Assembly: GCA_049324855.1 (NCBI GenBank)
Contig: JBMOMU010000336.1
Span: 1-16,031, forward strand
Source of the DNA: Planctomycetota bacterium
GTDB taxonomy: Bacteria > Planctomycetota > Planctomycetia > Pirellulales > Thermoguttaceae
Direction: 5' to 3'
DNA: 16,031 bases
Shown here: positions 15,602 to 16,031 of the stretch, one piece after another
Numbering within the stretch: position 1 is the stretch's first letter
Layout of the letters: every line of letters starts with the position of its first letter
The notes under the pieces: model-generated
What the model was told of the DNA's origin: nothing
The model's database searches: none
Seen by the model: only the letters and a program-made list of their open reading frames with translations
Program-made: the position numbers and the translations under genes

Positions 15602-15803
15602 GGTGCGGTCTCCGTATTTTCTTTTGTGAACGGTGCCTTGCGAGAAACCCCGCTGTCGCAAAGGGCCGGGATACGGATACTGTAACGCTTGCGCGCGTGG
15701 CGAGGCAACATGATTTCGTGCGGTTCGCGGACCACGCCGCGAGTTGACGATCGGATCAGAGGGAGGCTACCTTGGGGGAGTCTACGCAAAAGGAGGATCG
15801 AAC

Positions 15804-16031
15804 ATGCGACGGACGATTCTGGCGTGCGCTCTGACGGCGACATGCGCGCATCTCGTGGCGGTGTGGGCGATCGAAGCCCCGATGGCTGCAGCCCAAGCCG
15901 CGGGCGGGCCCGCAGAAGATGCCGCAGCAATCCTGGCTGAGCATGGCGTTTCCGGCGGACTGGTAGTCCATGTCGGCTGCGGCGACGGCCGGCTGACAGC
16001 GGCCCTGCGGGCAACCGCCGCCCGGCCGGGC
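15804..16031 (+). CDS. 5' part of a putative SAM-dependent methyltransferase-like protein with an N-terminal signal/anchor, running off the window end
   Basis: A strong SD, AGGAGG at 15791-15796, lies 7 nt before the ATG at 15804. The frame is open to the window end (MRRTILACALTATCAHLVAVWAIEAPMAAAQAA...GLVVHVGCGDGRLTAALRA). hh(D/H)VGCGxG is the class I MTase motif I. It is absent from the ORF track because there is no stop codon in the window. Confidence 0.45.
   Translation, partial: MRRTILACALTATCAHLVAVWAIEAPMAAAQAAGGPAEDAAAILAEHGVSGGLVVHVGCGDGRLTAALRATAARPG

Noticed and set aside
15415-16014. 199-aa - strand ORF spanning the divergent intergenic region and the MTase-like gene
   Set aside because: It is Arg/Pro/Leu-rich. 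It overlaps both the start of the Tat-protein gene and the strongly SD-preceded + strand ORF at 15804.
1-16031. Checked for tRNA-like T-arm (GGTTCGAATCC-like) sequences, rRNA fragments, CRISPR-like regularly spaced repeats, IS terminal inverted repeats and integrase/transposase ORFs
   Set aside because: None seen. The only GTTCGAA occurrences are inside coding frames. The inverted repeats at 5721-5851 flank 91 bp, not a transposase-sized insert.

Overview
This 16 kb window is high in G+C (about two-thirds by eye) and looks like Planctomycetota chromosome, given its mix of secreted sulfatase, sialidase and DUF1080-type genes. The 5' half (about 1-5.7 kb) carries glycan-foraging and central-metabolism genes on both strands. 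These are the tail of an unidentified gene, a DUF1080/3-keto-disaccharide-hydrolase-family exported protein, a phosphofructokinase with a mixed ATP/PPi signature, a Cys-type (CTPTR) sulfatase, and a convergent GH33-type sialidase with a YRIP motif and four Asp-boxes. The 3' half (about 6.1-14.5 kb) is the interesting part. It is a tightly packed + strand operon encoding a short NfeD-like membrane protein with a C-terminal OB domain, a 684-aa flotillin (SPFH/band-7) with an unusually long Glu/Ala-rich coiled coil, and an 1840-aa giant protein that starts 6 nt after the flotillin stop. The giant protein has an unrecognised ~480-aa N-terminal domain, long coiled coils and a C-terminal MoxR/AAA_5-like AAA+ ATPase with intact Walker A and B motifs. 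NfeD-flotillin pairs are well known. The third giant ATPase partner is not something I recognise, and it is my candidate for an undescribed flotillin-scaffolded machine, by analogy with HflK/C-FtsH. The region around the NfeD gene carries a family of inverted copies of a CACCGACC(N)GGCGA motif, including a perfect 20-bp inverted repeat, which looks like an operator set. Downstream lie a convergent Tat-signal protein and a divergent, truncated methyltransferase-like ORF with a strong SD that is missing from the ORF track. I found no tRNA, rRNA, CRISPR array or obvious mobile element. The many long antisense ORFs are GC-driven shadows.
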